64,000 nt of DNA, taken from positions 1-64,000 of IMG/VR virus record IMGVR_UViG_3300046010_015054. One strand, written 5' to 3'. A program made the position numbers and the translations under genes. The stretch is from a virus. Below, in pieces: positions 36,358 to 47,075 of this stretch. Under the pieces are notes generated by a model. That model saw only the letters and a list, made by a program, of their open reading frames with translations. It did not search any database and had not been told where the DNA came from. Numbering within the stretch: the first letter of the stretch is position 1; each line of letters begins with the position of its first letter.

Positions 36358-37630
36358 TTAATTTTTCTAATTTTGGTAGTTGTAGTTTTGGTAATTCTAA
36401 TTTTACTTCTTTAGGAAATTCAGGAATATTATTAGTCAAAATCATATCTAATTTTTCTTTCATTTTATCCCAGCTAAATTCAGTTTTGCTTCTATAAGCT
36501 TGTCTTTTAGCTCCATCAAGATATTTTTTATAATTTTCAAATACATCTCTAAGATAAAAACCAACCTGCCCAGAATCAACTTGAAACCATTGAGCTTCAG
36601 TTAAAATCATATCTTTTACTGCTGCTGAAGGATGAACATTTTCTAATTTACCATTAATTAAAGGGACAAATTCAGGGTTAAGAAACTCTGTGTGGGCACT
36701 CCAATTTGAAGTAATAATTGGTTTTTTAGAAGTTGAAAACTCAAGTAAAGGTCTTCCAAATCCTTCACCTTTAGTAAAACTAATCATAGCTTTAATTTTA
36801 GGATGATTATAAAGAACATTTATATCTTCATCACTTAAATCACCATGAACTAAATAGATATTAGGTAAATTAGTACTATTTACACTTTCTCTAATTGAAT
36901 TAATTCGTTTAAGTAATTCATCTCTATCCATAATAGATGAACCCATTACACTAGTTTTAAGAATAAGTGCAGGTTTTTTAGCTTTATTTTTAAAAGTTTC
37001 AAGAAACGCTTTAATCATATAACCTACATTCTTTCTATCTTGACCAAAATCACCTTGTAACCAATGACCTACAAATAAATAAGCAAAATCTTCAGTTACT
37101 TGTGATAAGTTAAAAATTTCATTAGTTGATTTATATTTTTCTAAATCAACACCTTCAAATAACACTTCAATAGTAGTTTTTAACTCAAGATTTCCTTGAA
37201 CTAAACCTTGAGCATTTCTTACTTCATATTTAGTATTTTGGAAAACCCCTTTAGCAAATTCAGAAGATGTAATTACTAAATTCATTCTATTACAACCTTC
37301 AACCCAAGGGCCTGAAATTAAAGTAGTTTCCATTCCTGCAGTAACACCAATGTTATATTTTCCTACGGGTTGAAATTCATTGGGGACTGTAATTTGCATC
37401 CAAATTTCAGGTTGTTTATCTAATCTAGGTTCTTTTAAAATGTATTTATTTAAAAATTCCCATTCAGGATTTTCTAAAATAAAGTTCCAAGCGGTATTAC
37501 CCCATCTTTGGGGGATAATTTTTACATCATACTTATCAAGTTCAACAATAGCTTTAACTAAATCTCTTGAGCGGGCTCCATAACCTGAGTATGTGTCTAT
37601 AGGACAACTAATTGCGAATATAGGCTTCAT
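36350..37630 (-). CDS. GT4 (GT-B) glycosyltransferase
   Basis: SGYG, DRKN, GEGFGRPLLE. Confidence 0.88.
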   Translation of the reverse strand: MKPIFAISCPIDTYSGYGARSRDLVKAIVELDKYDVKIIPQRWGNTAWNFILENPEWEFLNKYILKEPRLDKQPEIWMQITVPNEFQPVGKYNIGVTAGMETTLISGPWVEGCNRMNLVITSSEFAKGVFQNTKYEVRNAQGLVQGNLELKTTIEVLFEGVDLEKYKSTNEIFNLSQVTEDFAYLFVGHWLQGDFGQDRKNVGYMIKAFLETFKNKAKKPALILKTSVMGSSIMDRDELLKRINSIRESVNSTNLPNIYLVHGDLSDEDINVLYNHPKIKAMISFTKGEGFGRPLLEFSTSKKPIITSNWSAHTEFLNPEFVPLINGKLENVHPSAAVKDMILTEAQWFQVDSGQVGFYLRDVFENYKKYLDGAKRQAYRSKTEFSWDKMKEKLDMILTNNIPEFPKEVKLELPKLQLPKLEKLNG

Positions 37631-39066
37631 TAATATACTAAACTATGATTTATATAATTAGGTTTAATTTTATCAACTTTGATAACATCGTATTTAGGTC
37701 TTGGAGACCAAGTATGAAATAGAGTATCACAAGCTTCAATAACTCTCTCACCCATAATTTCAGCAGTAAAACCGGCTTCTACATTAGTAGCCCATTTTCG
37801 ACCTTCTTCACCTCGTCTTTGTTTTTCTTCAGGTGTCATTTCGTAAAGCTCCATAATTCTATCAGAAGCATCTTCAGGAGTACATCTATCATCCCAAATA
37901 TAAGGAGTTAAAGGGCTACCAACTAAAGAACGATTTGAAGGATATACGGGAAAAGCCCACTCACCATGTTTAGTTAAAGTTTTTCTATTATTTGAAGGTA
38001 ATTCTGGGGTAGGTTCAAACCAACCTCCTTTTTTACCTTCAAATCTCATTTGGTCTTGCATTCCTCCTGTAACATTAGCAATAAATGGGGTTCCGGTTAC
38101 CATTGCTTCAGTTAATGATAAACCCCAACCTTCAGCTGATGATAAAAGAATAACAGCATCTGATATGTTATACATTTTATTTAAAGTAGCATGATCCACT
38201 TTATCATAAGAGAAATAAACATTATCATAAACATCTCCAAATAATAATTCTTTAACAGCTACTAAATCTGTACCTGCTTCACTAACTAATTCAGTATGAA
38301 GTAAAAAAGCACATTTATTAGCTTTTTCTTTAGGTAGTTTATCTAAAAATAATTTAAATGCTAATAAAGTATCTGGGGTAGATTTTCTTCTAATATTTCT
38401 AGAATTAAAAAATAAAATAAAATCATATTCTTTACCACCAAATAATTTCTTTTTAATTTCTAATAATTCTGTACTATTTTTTTCAATAGGATAAAAGAAA
38501 TTAGTATTAATTCCATGGGGGATGTATCTTGTTACTTTATCTTTTATTTTATCACCTAAAACTAATTCATTAATTAATTTAGTTTGTTTTGAGATAGCTA
38601 ATAAAGCATCACACGATTCATAAAATGCTCTATTATAATGAGGAGCAGGGTAATCATCCCAAATATTAAGATAAATGATAGGCATTTTTTGGCGAATCTC
38701 ATTTTCAATCTGAAAAAGCCAAATAAAGTATCTAGGATCTGTAATTAAAAAGATAGCATCAAAATGTTCTCCTTTTAAAATAGCTCTAATTTGATCAGCA
38801 CTACCATAACCAGTATTAGCCATGATATGAACATATGAATCACTAAGCCCTGTTAATTTATCAGTCTCAGGACTTAAATCAAAACGTTTTCCATTTTCTG
38901 GGTGGTTAACTGCTCCTCCTAAATTTACCCAATTAAAATGGTGGGCTGTGTGTAGGATAATTTCTTTACCCATACTACCAACACCCGAAGGAAATCTAAT
39001 ATCATCTGTAATTAATAATATTTTCTTCCTCTCATTTTGAGGAAGATATCGAAACTTATCTTGCAT
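37630..39066 (-). CDS. GT4 (GT-B) glycosyltransferase
   Basis: SGVG, IPHGI, RNIRRK, AEGWGLSLTEAM. Confidence 0.9.
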   Translation of the reverse strand: MQDKFRYLPQNERKKILLITDDIRFPSGVGSMGKEIILHTAHHFNWVNLGGAVNHPENGKRFDLSPETDKLTGLSDSYVHIMANTGYGSADQIRAILKGEHFDAIFLITDPRYFIWLFQIENEIRQKMPIIYLNIWDDYPAPHYNRAFYESCDALLAISKQTKLINELVLGDKIKDKVTRYIPHGINTNFFYPIEKNSTELLEIKKKLFGGKEYDFILFFNSRNIRRKSTPDTLLAFKLFLDKLPKEKANKCAFLLHTELVSEAGTDLVAVKELLFGDVYDNVYFSYDKVDHATLNKMYNISDAVILLSSAEGWGLSLTEAMVTGTPFIANVTGGMQDQMRFEGKKGGWFEPTPELPSNNRKTLTKHGEWAFPVYPSNRSLVGSPLTPYIWDDRCTPEDASDRIMELYEMTPEEKQRRGEEGRKWATNVEAGFTAEIMGERVIEACDTLFHTWSPRPKYDVIKVDKIKPNYINHSLVY

Positions 39067-39071
39067 GAAAA

Positions 39072-39260
39072 CTATTTTTCTATTTCTAAATTATTGTGGT
39101 TATGTAATTGTTTTCTAAAATTCTCATCAGTAAGATATAAATGAATAGCTCGGTCGGCAAGTTTTTGAAACGAAAACTTATGTCTTACACACGAAACTTT
39201 AAATTCATTAAATAAATCACTTTGGATTTTTACACTGGTTAATGTCATATCTTTTGCCAT
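39072..39260 (-). CDS. small ribbon-helix-helix-like DNA-binding protein
   Basis: LTSVKI beta strand followed by two helices. Confidence 0.55.
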   Translation of the reverse strand: MAKDMTLTSVKIQSDLFNEFKVSCVRHKFSFQKLADRAIHLYLTDENFRKQLHNHNNLEIEK

Positions 39261-39308
39261 ATTTATATAATTTTATATACGAACATACATATATCGGGAT
39301 TTACATTT

Positions 39309-40253
39309 CTATTGAAAATTGCACAAATTTTTCATGTCTTTAAAAACACAATATTGACAATTCCATTTAGAGGGTTTTGCTTCTTGTTGATGCTTATTAT
39401 AAGTACCATCTTTTGAGAAAGCAAGCTCAATAAACGTATTAAGTCTATTTGTGGCTTGATTTAATTTTATCTTACCAGAAGTAGGCTTATGAGTTTGTAT
39501 TCTTCTATCAGGATACTCACTTTCTTCATTTATTTTTCTTTTTAGAATAAAATATTCTATATCTATATTTTCTACTGGGTAGTCAAATTGCTCAGCAAAA
39601 AATTTTTTATAAAGAATAAGTTGAGAATTTTTTACTTCATCACCTTTTTCTTTTTGTTTCCAACCCCTAGTACTAGTTTTAATATCTATAATTTTTACAT
39701 TTCTAGTATTTTCATTATAAAGTACTAAATCAAGTAAACCTTTATAAAGAATACTAGGGTATCCTGAGTGTGGTTTAAGTATAATTGGGAGTTCAATTCC
39801 TAATAAATGCCAAAATCTTTTACTAAAATATTTACCTTTATTTTTCTTAAACCAATTTATAATAGCTACACCATCATTAAAAAATTCTCTTAGTTCAGTA
39901 GCACTAGAAAAATGGATTTTATTGTTTTTTTCGTAATCTTGTTTATATTGATTACGTAATTTTTCTTCAAATAATCCAATAATATTTTCTCTATCAGCTG
40001 CAGCTATACTTTTACTATACATTATTTGTAGATAATGTTGCAATGTTTCATGCATAGCAGTTCCAAAGGTCATATGAATGCTAAATTCACTTTTATAATG
40101 ACCATCACGATAAAGAAGTGCCCATTTATGAGGACACTGCTCGAAAATTTGATATTGACTAAAAGAAATTACTCTGTTTTTAGTATAATCTATTTCAATT
40201 AGTTTTTTATCTCTTACTTCTTTTAATATACTTGGTTCTTTCTTTTTAGCCAA
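39309..40253 (-). CDS. PD-(D/E)XK nuclease (RecB/Cas4-like)
   Basis: SFSQ..CP, FGTAMH, E..GLLD..IIDIKT, QL.LY, CQYC..C. Confidence 0.88.
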   Translation of the reverse strand: MAKKKEPSILKEVRDKKLIEIDYTKNRVISFSQYQIFEQCPHKWALLYRDGHYKSEFSIHMTFGTAMHETLQHYLQIMYSKSIAAADRENIIGLFEEKLRNQYKQDYEKNNKIHFSSATELREFFNDGVAIINWFKKNKGKYFSKRFWHLLGIELPIILKPHSGYPSILYKGLLDLVLYNENTRNVKIIDIKTSTRGWKQKEKGDEVKNSQLILYKKFFAEQFDYPVENIDIEYFILKRKINEESEYPDRRIQTHKPTSGKIKLNQATNRLNTFIELAFSKDGTYNKHQQEAKPSKWNCQYCVFKDMKNLCNFQ

Positions 40254-40255
40254 AA

Positions 40256-41350
40256 CTATTCTTTTATAAATCTAGTATTTAATTCTAAAATATTTTGAGG
40301 AGATACTTTATTTGTAAATTCTTCTACTACTCCGTTTCTTATATTTTTATTAAATACTATATATTCTCCTTCTAAATCTAATTCATCATAACACCACGTA
40401 AAAGGATTAAGTGAAATGTTTTTATGATAAATTTCTTTCCCTTCTAAATTAATAACCTTACATTCAATCTCCAAGCTATCTTCTTCATTCCAGTAAAATA
40501 AACCTATTTTATTAGTAAGTTCTTTTTTATCATTTTTATGTAAAAGAATTTTACAAACTTTAGGTATATTTTTCCATTTATCTACCCACCCTCCAGGATT
40601 ATTAATAAGATCAAATTTAGAATTAGGATATTGATCTCTAACACTTCCTGGGTGGTTTATACCTTTAAATGGGTATTTTTGTTTTTGGTAATAAAATATT
40701 GTTGGGATAATATATTCAATCCATTTACCATAATAGTTAATTTTTTTACATAAATCCCAATAGTCTTTATCATTATTTACTAGATTAAAACCGGTAAATA
40801 AATCTGTAGAAAAGCCTACCATATGAACATCCATTAATCTATGATGAGGTTTGGCCCAATCTCCTTCTTGACGTTCACCATATAAAAGAAAATGTTCAAA
40901 TGTTTCTAGGTCATTTTTTAAAGATTCTAAATCATTTAGATCAAATTCGGTATCAGCTTCAATTCTAAAAATACGTTTATAACCTAAATTTTCAGCTGCT
41001 GTGCTAGCAAATATAAAACTATTGTAAATATTAGCAGTATGATCTTGAACACCTACTAAGGGTAACCAATTTTCATGGGTACCCATAGATGTTTTTACAT
41101 AAACATAAGGACGTTCATATAATTCTTTATCTAAAAGTTCTTGAGGGGGATGCCCTATCATAAATCCTCCTGTATGATTCCAGTAATGTTTTACTTTAGA
41201 ATCTAACCCCCATGAAAATGAAAATTTATTAAATAAAGCAATTTCATATGGTAAAATTGAATTAAGTTGATCTATTAAATTAGAACATACTTTTGCTCTT
41301 TCTGGGGTAGATAAATAACCATCTACAACTATTAATAGATCTGAGGTCAT
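40256..41350 (-). CDS. hypothetical protein, possibly glycosyltransferase-like
   Basis: 364 aa; RIEAD motif; locus context. Confidence 0.5.
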   Translation of the reverse strand: MTSDLLIVVDGYLSTPERAKVCSNLIDQLNSILPYEIALFNKFSFSWGLDSKVKHYWNHTGGFMIGHPPQELLDKELYERPYVYVKTSMGTHENWLPLVGVQDHTANIYNSFIFASTAAENLGYKRIFRIEADTEFDLNDLESLKNDLETFEHFLLYGERQEGDWAKPHHRLMDVHMVGFSTDLFTGFNLVNNDKDYWDLCKKINYYGKWIEYIIPTIFYYQKQKYPFKGINHPGSVRDQYPNSKFDLINNPGGWVDKWKNIPKVCKILLHKNDKKELTNKIGLFYWNEEDSLEIECKVINLEGKEIYHKNISLNPFTWCYDELDLEGEYIVFNKNIRNGVVEEFTNKVSPQNILELNTRFIKE

Positions 41351-43803
41351 ACTTTTATGATATTTGTGTAAATAATCTTATTAGTATATTCTTCTACTAT
41401 TCTAGTTTCATAATAACCTGAGTTTAGAAATAAATCACTTAAGAAAAAACTCCAATATTTAAAAATTTCTTGATAATTTAAAGTATAAAGAATCTGATCA
41501 TTGTTTAATATTTCAAATCTAACAACAGGTTGGAGATTTTTATCTCCTAAAAACGAATTTTTAGTCCACCAAAAAGAATTATTTTTGTATTCAATTAAAA
41601 AATCATCTTGAGATAATATCGTTTTAAAATAATTTTCTTTTAATTGGTTTTGAAATTCAGGATTTTTAAACCCATGAAATGCAATTAAATCATTTTCATG
41701 TTGAGGTAAGACTAATTCATCAGATACTGGATGTTTGCCATATTTGTAGTTATGGAATATTTCCATATCAACGTATGGGATTTCTTCAATATCTACTAAT
41801 GGGAGGCATTTTCTGTAATTATATCTATTAATTAATAAATTAGCAGAATCTTCATCATGTAAAGCAAATATACCTGGTTTAGTATTTTTGTAAGTATTAA
41901 ATAAATTAATTTGTTCTTCAAAAAACCATTTACAAGTTTTATCAAAAACAATTACATTAGTTTTTCTTCTAGGATAAACATGAACTGGGTCACCTGTAAC
42001 ATCTGCTAAAATATTTAAAGGGCTAGACCATTCTTCTCCTTCAATTAAATTCATAACAACAATCCTATCGTGAGTATGTGAATTTATTAAAGGAAATCCT
42101 TCTAAATGCTTAAAGTATTTAACTATAGAATCAGCATTTACTGTCAAAGAAATATCTGTATCAACGTACACAAATTTACTTTCGGGAAGATATTCAACTA
42201 CATCTGTTAAAATAGAAGGCTTTAAGGATAATACATTATCATATTTACCTCTAGCATTTAATTCACCTAATTCAACATCTAATCTTCTTACTATAAATTG
42301 ATCACTTAGTTTAAAAGCTAAATCTGAGGTATAGTTTATAGTATAAAGAATACATTTTCTATTAGAAAATTGTTCTATTGAATTAATTAAAACCTGAAGT
42401 AAAGATTCATAATTTTTAGTAAAATGGGTTACCCAATAAAAATCTTCTAAATAAACTTTTTTATATTCTGAAATTATAGAATTTCCTCTAAAGGATAATT
42501 TTGTATAAGGTTTATTATAGAAATGGTGAAGCATAATTTCCTTATCTTTACAATAAGTTTTACCCCCAACCCAAGTAGCTCCATAAATTACTTTACCTGA
42601 TTCTTCTTCTAGATTTTGACTATAAGTAATTACTTTAACTTTTTTATTTTGAGTAGCCCAATCATTCAAATCCTTTTCTCCTATACCATAAATTTCTTTA
42701 GTATCAAAAATATTATAATATCTTTCAGTCTGGAATTGGTTTAGTATTTCAGGATCATTTTTAAAAATTAATAAAGGACCTCCTAATCTATTATGAAAAT
42801 TTTCTCCTCCAGTACTTATAAAATCATATTCTCCTAAATAAGGATTTACCCAATTGTACAGATCACCCATTAAAGTGTCTATATCAAAAATACCAAAATA
42901 GTCATACTTTGAATAATCAATTATGTCGCTAAACATATTTACAAAGTATGAAAACTTTAAATCAGTAATTTTTTTATTACCTCCTAAAAGTTGTAATTCT
43001 CTATTATTAGCACGACTAAATCTTTGTTTTAATTCTTCTATATTTAAAGGAATAATATTATAATTAGAAGGTAAATTAGAAATATCTACTTCTTGATCTG
43101 TAAAAAAGTAAATATCAAAAATTTCATTTTGCTTTGTAATAGTTTCTTTATGAAACTGATAATAATCTGGTAAAGGTCCTAACCAAACTTCAATTAATAA
43201 TACTTTGGGTTGAGAGTTATATTTTAAAATAACATCTCTTTTAGCATTAAATTCTATAAATGAATATCCTACACTTTTAGCTTTATTAATAGTATCTATT
43301 CTAGTTTGGTCTGGGGTTAATTCATTAGCTTCAAAAATAATAGTTTCAGGGTATACATTATGTCCTCCTTCTAGGATATTATTAACAATAATAGTATCGT
43401 GCCCTTCAGCATCTATTTTTAAAGTTTTAACACTTTCTATATTATACCTTTCTACTAAATCTTTCCAAGTAAGAACTTCTACTTCATCTATTTTTAAAAG
43501 ATGTTCTAAACTTCGTTCTTTTAACTCTCTAAGAGTAACAGGATGAGGTTCACCAATAGAATTACAACCTTTTAAATACCAAGAAAGATTATTAGATTCT
43601 ATGTCTTCAGGTTCAACATAATAAACCTGAGTAATTCCTGAATAGTTACTAATGGCATGGTTTAATTTAGTAACTTTTTCTTTATTTGGTAGGCGATTAA
43701 GGTATAAATTAACAGCATCTATAGATAATCCTATTTCATCAGTTGAGGATTGGATAAGAGTTTCAAAATCAGAAGTACCTATTTCTATAAAATCGTAATT
43801 CAT
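41347..43803 (-). CDS. multidomain FkbM-like methyltransferase + two glycosyltransferase-like domains
   Basis: FIEIG...LKIDAEGHD; WLGPLP.Y...FFTD...DLK...FDIDTLMG; VYVDTD...HDE. Confidence 0.7.
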   Translation of the reverse strand: MNYDFIEIGTSDFETLIQSSTDEIGLSIDAVNLYLNRLPNKEKVTKLNHAISNYSGITQVYYVEPEDIESNNLSWYLKGCNSIGEPHPVTLRELKERSLEHLLKIDEVEVLTWKDLVERYNIESVKTLKIDAEGHDTIIVNNILEGGHNVYPETIIFEANELTPDQTRIDTINKAKSVGYSFIEFNAKRDVILKYNSQPKVLLIEVWLGPLPDYYQFHKETITKQNEIFDIYFFTDQEVDISNLPSNYNIIPLNIEELKQRFSRANNRELQLLGGNKKITDLKFSYFVNMFSDIIDYSKYDYFGIFDIDTLMGDLYNWVNPYLGEYDFISTGGENFHNRLGGPLLIFKNDPEILNQFQTERYYNIFDTKEIYGIGEKDLNDWATQNKKVKVITYSQNLEEESGKVIYGATWVGGKTYCKDKEIMLHHFYNKPYTKLSFRGNSIISEYKKVYLEDFYWVTHFTKNYESLLQVLINSIEQFSNRKCILYTINYTSDLAFKLSDQFIVRRLDVELGELNARGKYDNVLSLKPSILTDVVEYLPESKFVYVDTDISLTVNADSIVKYFKHLEGFPLINSHTHDRIVVMNLIEGEEWSSPLNILADVTGDPVHVYPRRKTNVIVFDKTCKWFFEEQINLFNTYKNTKPGIFALHDEDSANLLINRYNYRKCLPLVDIEEIPYVDMEIFHNYKYGKHPVSDELVLPQHENDLIAFHGFKNPEFQNQLKENYFKTILSQDDFLIEYKNNSFWWTKNSFLGDKNLQPVVRFEILNNDQILYTLNYQEIFKYWSFFLSDLFLNSGYYETRIVEEYTNKIIYTNIIKV

Positions 43804-44381
43804 TATTTTATTTTTTTAGCGGGAATCCCCACATAAACCCCAGATTCTTCTATAGGTTTTACTACGCATGAATTCATACCAATGGTAGATGAGCTATGGA
43901 TTGAAAGTTTTTCTTTAATAGACGAGTTAGTACCCATATAAACCATATCAAATATGGTAACATTACCTGATACTATGGCTCCAGGCATAGCACTAAAATA
44001 AGAACCTATTTTACAATCATGACCAATTTGATTACCTCGATTCAAAATAGAATGTCTACCTAATTCAATATTTGTAGTTAATATGCTATTTACTCCTATA
44101 AAACTACCTACTCCTACTTTGATATTACTATCTAATATTTGAACTGTTGGATGAACAAAAGTAAAATATTGAGTTTCTTTAGGTAAACGTTGAACTATAT
44201 CAAAACGATCTTTTGGGTCAGCTACGGCAACCATCATAGCATATTCTTGAGGATTAAACTCAGAAATAGGCTTAGCTACATCATTAGCATACTGATCATC
44301 TACAAAAAATGTAACTTCATCTTCAATCTGACATGCTACTTCTCTTGCATGTCCTCCATAACCGAATAGTGCTAATTTCAT
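43803..44381 (-). CDS. NeuD/PglD-like left-handed beta-helix sugar acetyltransferase
   Basis: GYGGHAREV, hexapeptide repeats, IGHD, VGIPAK. Confidence 0.9.
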   Translation of the reverse strand: MKLALFGYGGHAREVACQIEDEVTFFVDDQYANDVAKPISEFNPQEYAMMVAVADPKDRFDIVQRLPKETQYFTFVHPTVQILDSNIKVGVGSFIGVNSILTTNIELGRHSILNRGNQIGHDCKIGSYFSAMPGAIVSGNVTIFDMVYMGTNSSIKEKLSIHSSSTIGMNSCVVKPIEESGVYVGIPAKKIK

Positions 44382-45037
44382 TGTTGATAAATTGGGAATT
44401 TAGATAGATCTGGGTATGGTAGAGTTAAATCTTCGTTTTGTTTTTTACTACCATCTAAATTATAAAATTGATTCATAAGTAATAAACCACGAGCTGCTAA
44501 TTCAGGCATCATATAAAAATTCCACCCTAGCATATCAAGATTATCGTCATGATATGAACACTCACGTCTTCCTGAATATCTGGCTCTTTTGAACCAATGA
44601 TAAGCTGCTAAATTATCAGTTAAGATAGCTCCTCCTTTACTTAATTTAAAATGTTTATATGGGCCCGTAAAAGAAATACACATATGGGTTCCTTTTAAGT
44701 ACATATCTGCTGTAAATCTTAAAGCAGAATCATACACATTACTATTACCTAATTCATAGGCTCCAGTTAAAGTACCCTTTTTTGTATCTAAACATCCGTA
44801 ATTTTTAGTAAACTTAACTTTTAAACCAGCATGAATAATTTCACAAGGTACAGATGGGTAAGTTCGATTTGGGATAATAATATGATCACTAATAATACTT
44901 TTCTTTACATTTTTTTCATAATATAAAGCTAAAAATAAAGCATTAGACATGTTATCTAATGTAACGACATAAGGGGCCCCAGTATAATCACCTAGGGCTT
45001 TTTCAAACTCGTTTGTTATATCATAAACGTTTTTCAT
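44378..45037 (-). CDS. short DegT/DnrJ/EryC1/StrS aminotransferase-like protein
   Basis: FE.AL..Y.GA, DSA, SF...K...GGAI, GWNFYM; only 219 aa. Confidence 0.75.
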   Translation of the reverse strand: MKNVYDITNEFEKALGDYTGAPYVVTLDNMSNALFLALYYEKNVKKSIISDHIIIPNRTYPSVPCEIIHAGLKVKFTKNYGCLDTKKGTLTGAYELGNSNVYDSALRFTADMYLKGTHMCISFTGPYKHFKLSKGGAILTDNLAAYHWFKRARYSGRRECSYHDDNLDMLGWNFYMMPELAARGLLLMNQFYNLDGSKKQNEDLTLPYPDLSKFPIYQQ

Positions 45038-45446
45038 ATTCCATCTTAATATAATTTCTATCTCTTACAAATCCACGCTCACCTGTTTCTTTAAAACCTA
45101 ATTTTAAATATAAATCTTTAGCAAAATTATCACTAAAAACCCATAAACTAGCATAAGTTTTATCTTTTAGATACTCTTGATAAGCAGCTTTAGCATATCC
45201 TTGTTTTCTATGTAAAGGATGGATATCACATCCAACTTCATCTCCATTAGTTCTTAAATAACCTACAGCTTCTAAGTGTTTATTAATTATAATATACCAA
45301 GGAGATGTTAAATTACTAAACCAGCTTTCACATTGTTCAAGATTAAAAATAGAATTATTCTCTAAATTTCTTCTAGTTGAATAATCATTTCTAACTTCTA
45401 AAAGAAATGGTAAATCTTCTTTAGTTAAAAGTCTTAATGTTACCAT
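45021..45446 (-). CDS. GNAT acetyltransferase (PseH-like)
   Basis: LRLL..EDL, HRKQGYA, N.A..LY.KLGF. Confidence 0.85.
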   Translation of the reverse strand: MVTLRLLTKEDLPFLLEVRNDYSTRRNLENNSIFNLEQCESWFSNLTSPWYIIINKHLEAVGYLRTNGDEVGCDIHPLHRKQGYAKAAYQEYLKDKTYASLWVFSDNFAKDLYLKLGFKETGERGFVRDRNYIKMEYEKRL

Positions 45447-46633
45447 CCTTTTTTAATACAATCAGCAATGTATTCTCTTTCTTCAGGAGTAACCCACCAA
45501 CCAACTGGGATTGAAACTATTTTTCCAATTGTTTTATCCAATGTAGGGAGTGAAGTTCTAAATTCTTTAACGGCTGTATGCTTATCATTTCTTTCATGTA
45601 CTTGAGATACAGCAATTTTACATTCATCCATCCAACGATAGAAACCATCTCTATTGTCAACTAACATTGAGTAAATCCAAAAAGAACTTTCATGACCAAA
45701 ATGACGATCTAAAAGAGTTACACCCTTAACATCATTAAGATTTGAATCATAAAAAAAAGCATTTTCTTTATGTTTATTTACTATTGAGTTGATGTGTTTT
45801 AGATTTTCTATACCAATAGTCGCATTAACATCATTCATGTGGAATTTATAACCCCACTCTTCAATATTGGCTTCACAACGGAAATCTTTACGATCACCAT
45901 CTCTGTCAATTCCATACCAACGAATTAATTTACCTCTATCATGTAGTTCTTTATGAGGTGAAAGAAGTAAACCACCGTCTACTGAAGTAAGGTGTTTAAT
46001 TGCTTGAAGAGAGAACATAGTTAGATTACCATGACTTCCAATTGGTTTGTTTTTATAGTAAGAACCAAATGAATGAGCTCCATCTTCAATTACAGCAGGT
46101 TTAAAACCATACATGTGATAGGCTTTATTCTGTATTTGTTTAATTTTATCTAAATCGTTAGGGTACCCACCCCAATGGACTAACATTATAGCTTTGGTTG
46201 TGGGGCTAATTTTACGAGCTAAGTCATCCAAATCCATATTAAGTGTAGTAGGGTCAATATCTACCCACTTAATTTTTAAACCATGAGCTAAAATAGGCCA
46301 ATTTGAAGCAGTACACGTCATAGCTGTAGCTAACACTTCATCTCCAGGTTGTAAGCCTGGCCAATTGGTTTCGTATCCTATAACTCCTTCAAAAACTTTA
46401 TTATAAGTAGCAGGTTTTTTTAATAAATGAAGTGCTAAATGTAAAGCAGAAGTTCCAGAATTTACGGTTTGAACATAATCATGATTAAAATAGGTTTTAA
46501 GTTGATTTTCAAACTTTTCAACTTGGGGACCTTGACCAATGTAGCCACTGTTAAGAACTTTTGTTACCTCTTCAGCAGCGGTATCCGCCATGAATACTTT
46601 AAATAATGGAATTTTATTTTTTGGACTAAACAT
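45440..46633 (-). CDS. DegT/DnrJ/EryC1/StrS PLP aminotransferase
   Basis: NSGTSALHLA, VHWGG, IEDGAHSFG, SLQAIKHLT..DGG. Confidence 0.93.
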   Translation of the reverse strand: MFSPKNKIPLFKVFMADTAAEEVTKVLNSGYIGQGPQVEKFENQLKTYFNHDYVQTVNSGTSALHLALHLLKKPATYNKVFEGVIGYETNWPGLQPGDEVLATAMTCTASNWPILAHGLKIKWVDIDPTTLNMDLDDLARKISPTTKAIMLVHWGGYPNDLDKIKQIQNKAYHMYGFKPAVIEDGAHSFGSYYKNKPIGSHGNLTMFSLQAIKHLTSVDGGLLLSPHKELHDRGKLIRWYGIDRDGDRKDFRCEANIEEWGYKFHMNDVNATIGIENLKHINSIVNKHKENAFFYDSNLNDVKGVTLLDRHFGHESSFWIYSMLVDNRDGFYRWMDECKIAVSQVHERNDKHTAVKEFRTSLPTLDKTIGKIVSIPVGWWVTPEEREYIADCIKKGW

Positions 46634-46634
46634 A

Positions 46635-47075
46635 TTATTTATATTTTTCTATATAATCACTACAAACACCAAGTGTTTTTTCGTTAGGTTCTTTATTAAA
46701 TACTTCGGGCATAACTAAAATACCTCTTTCAAATAAATTTGTTGACCAAATATAACCCTTAGATGTTAAAACACCAAGGTCATTTTCATGCCAAAAATAA
46801 TTTACTTTATCACCATTTTGATCTAATTGATTTAATGTAGATAAAGCAGCCATATTTTTACAATGAATCCAAAGATTAGGATAGTTTTTATCTAAAAGAT
46901 CAAAAGGAAATTCATATTGTGGTTCATCATGCCCAAGCATAAATTTTCCGTTTTCAAGCCAAACATCAATTTCAACATCATATCCTGCTTTTAAAGCTTC
47001 AAAAATATATTCTGGGTGGTTTTCGCGTTCAGGGTTGGGGCCTGAAATGTTTCCGCGGTGTGATATTAATTTCAT
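46635..47075 (-). CDS. small GDPD/PLC-like phosphodiesterase
   Basis: ISHRGN, EN, DVEIDVW, LGHD, WIHCKN, GVCSD. Confidence 0.7.
   Translation of the reverse strand: MKLISHRGNISGPNPERENHPEYIFEALKAGYDVEIDVWLENGKFMLGHDEPQYEFPFDLLDKNYPNLWIHCKNMAALSTLNQLDQNGDKVNYFWHENDLGVLTSKGYIWSTNLFERGILVMPEVFNKEPNEKTLGVCSDYIEKYK

Noticed and set aside
39309-40253. Cas4 as part of a CRISPR system
   Set aside because: Stand-alone PD-(D/E)XK nucleases are common in phages; no array or other cas genes are present.
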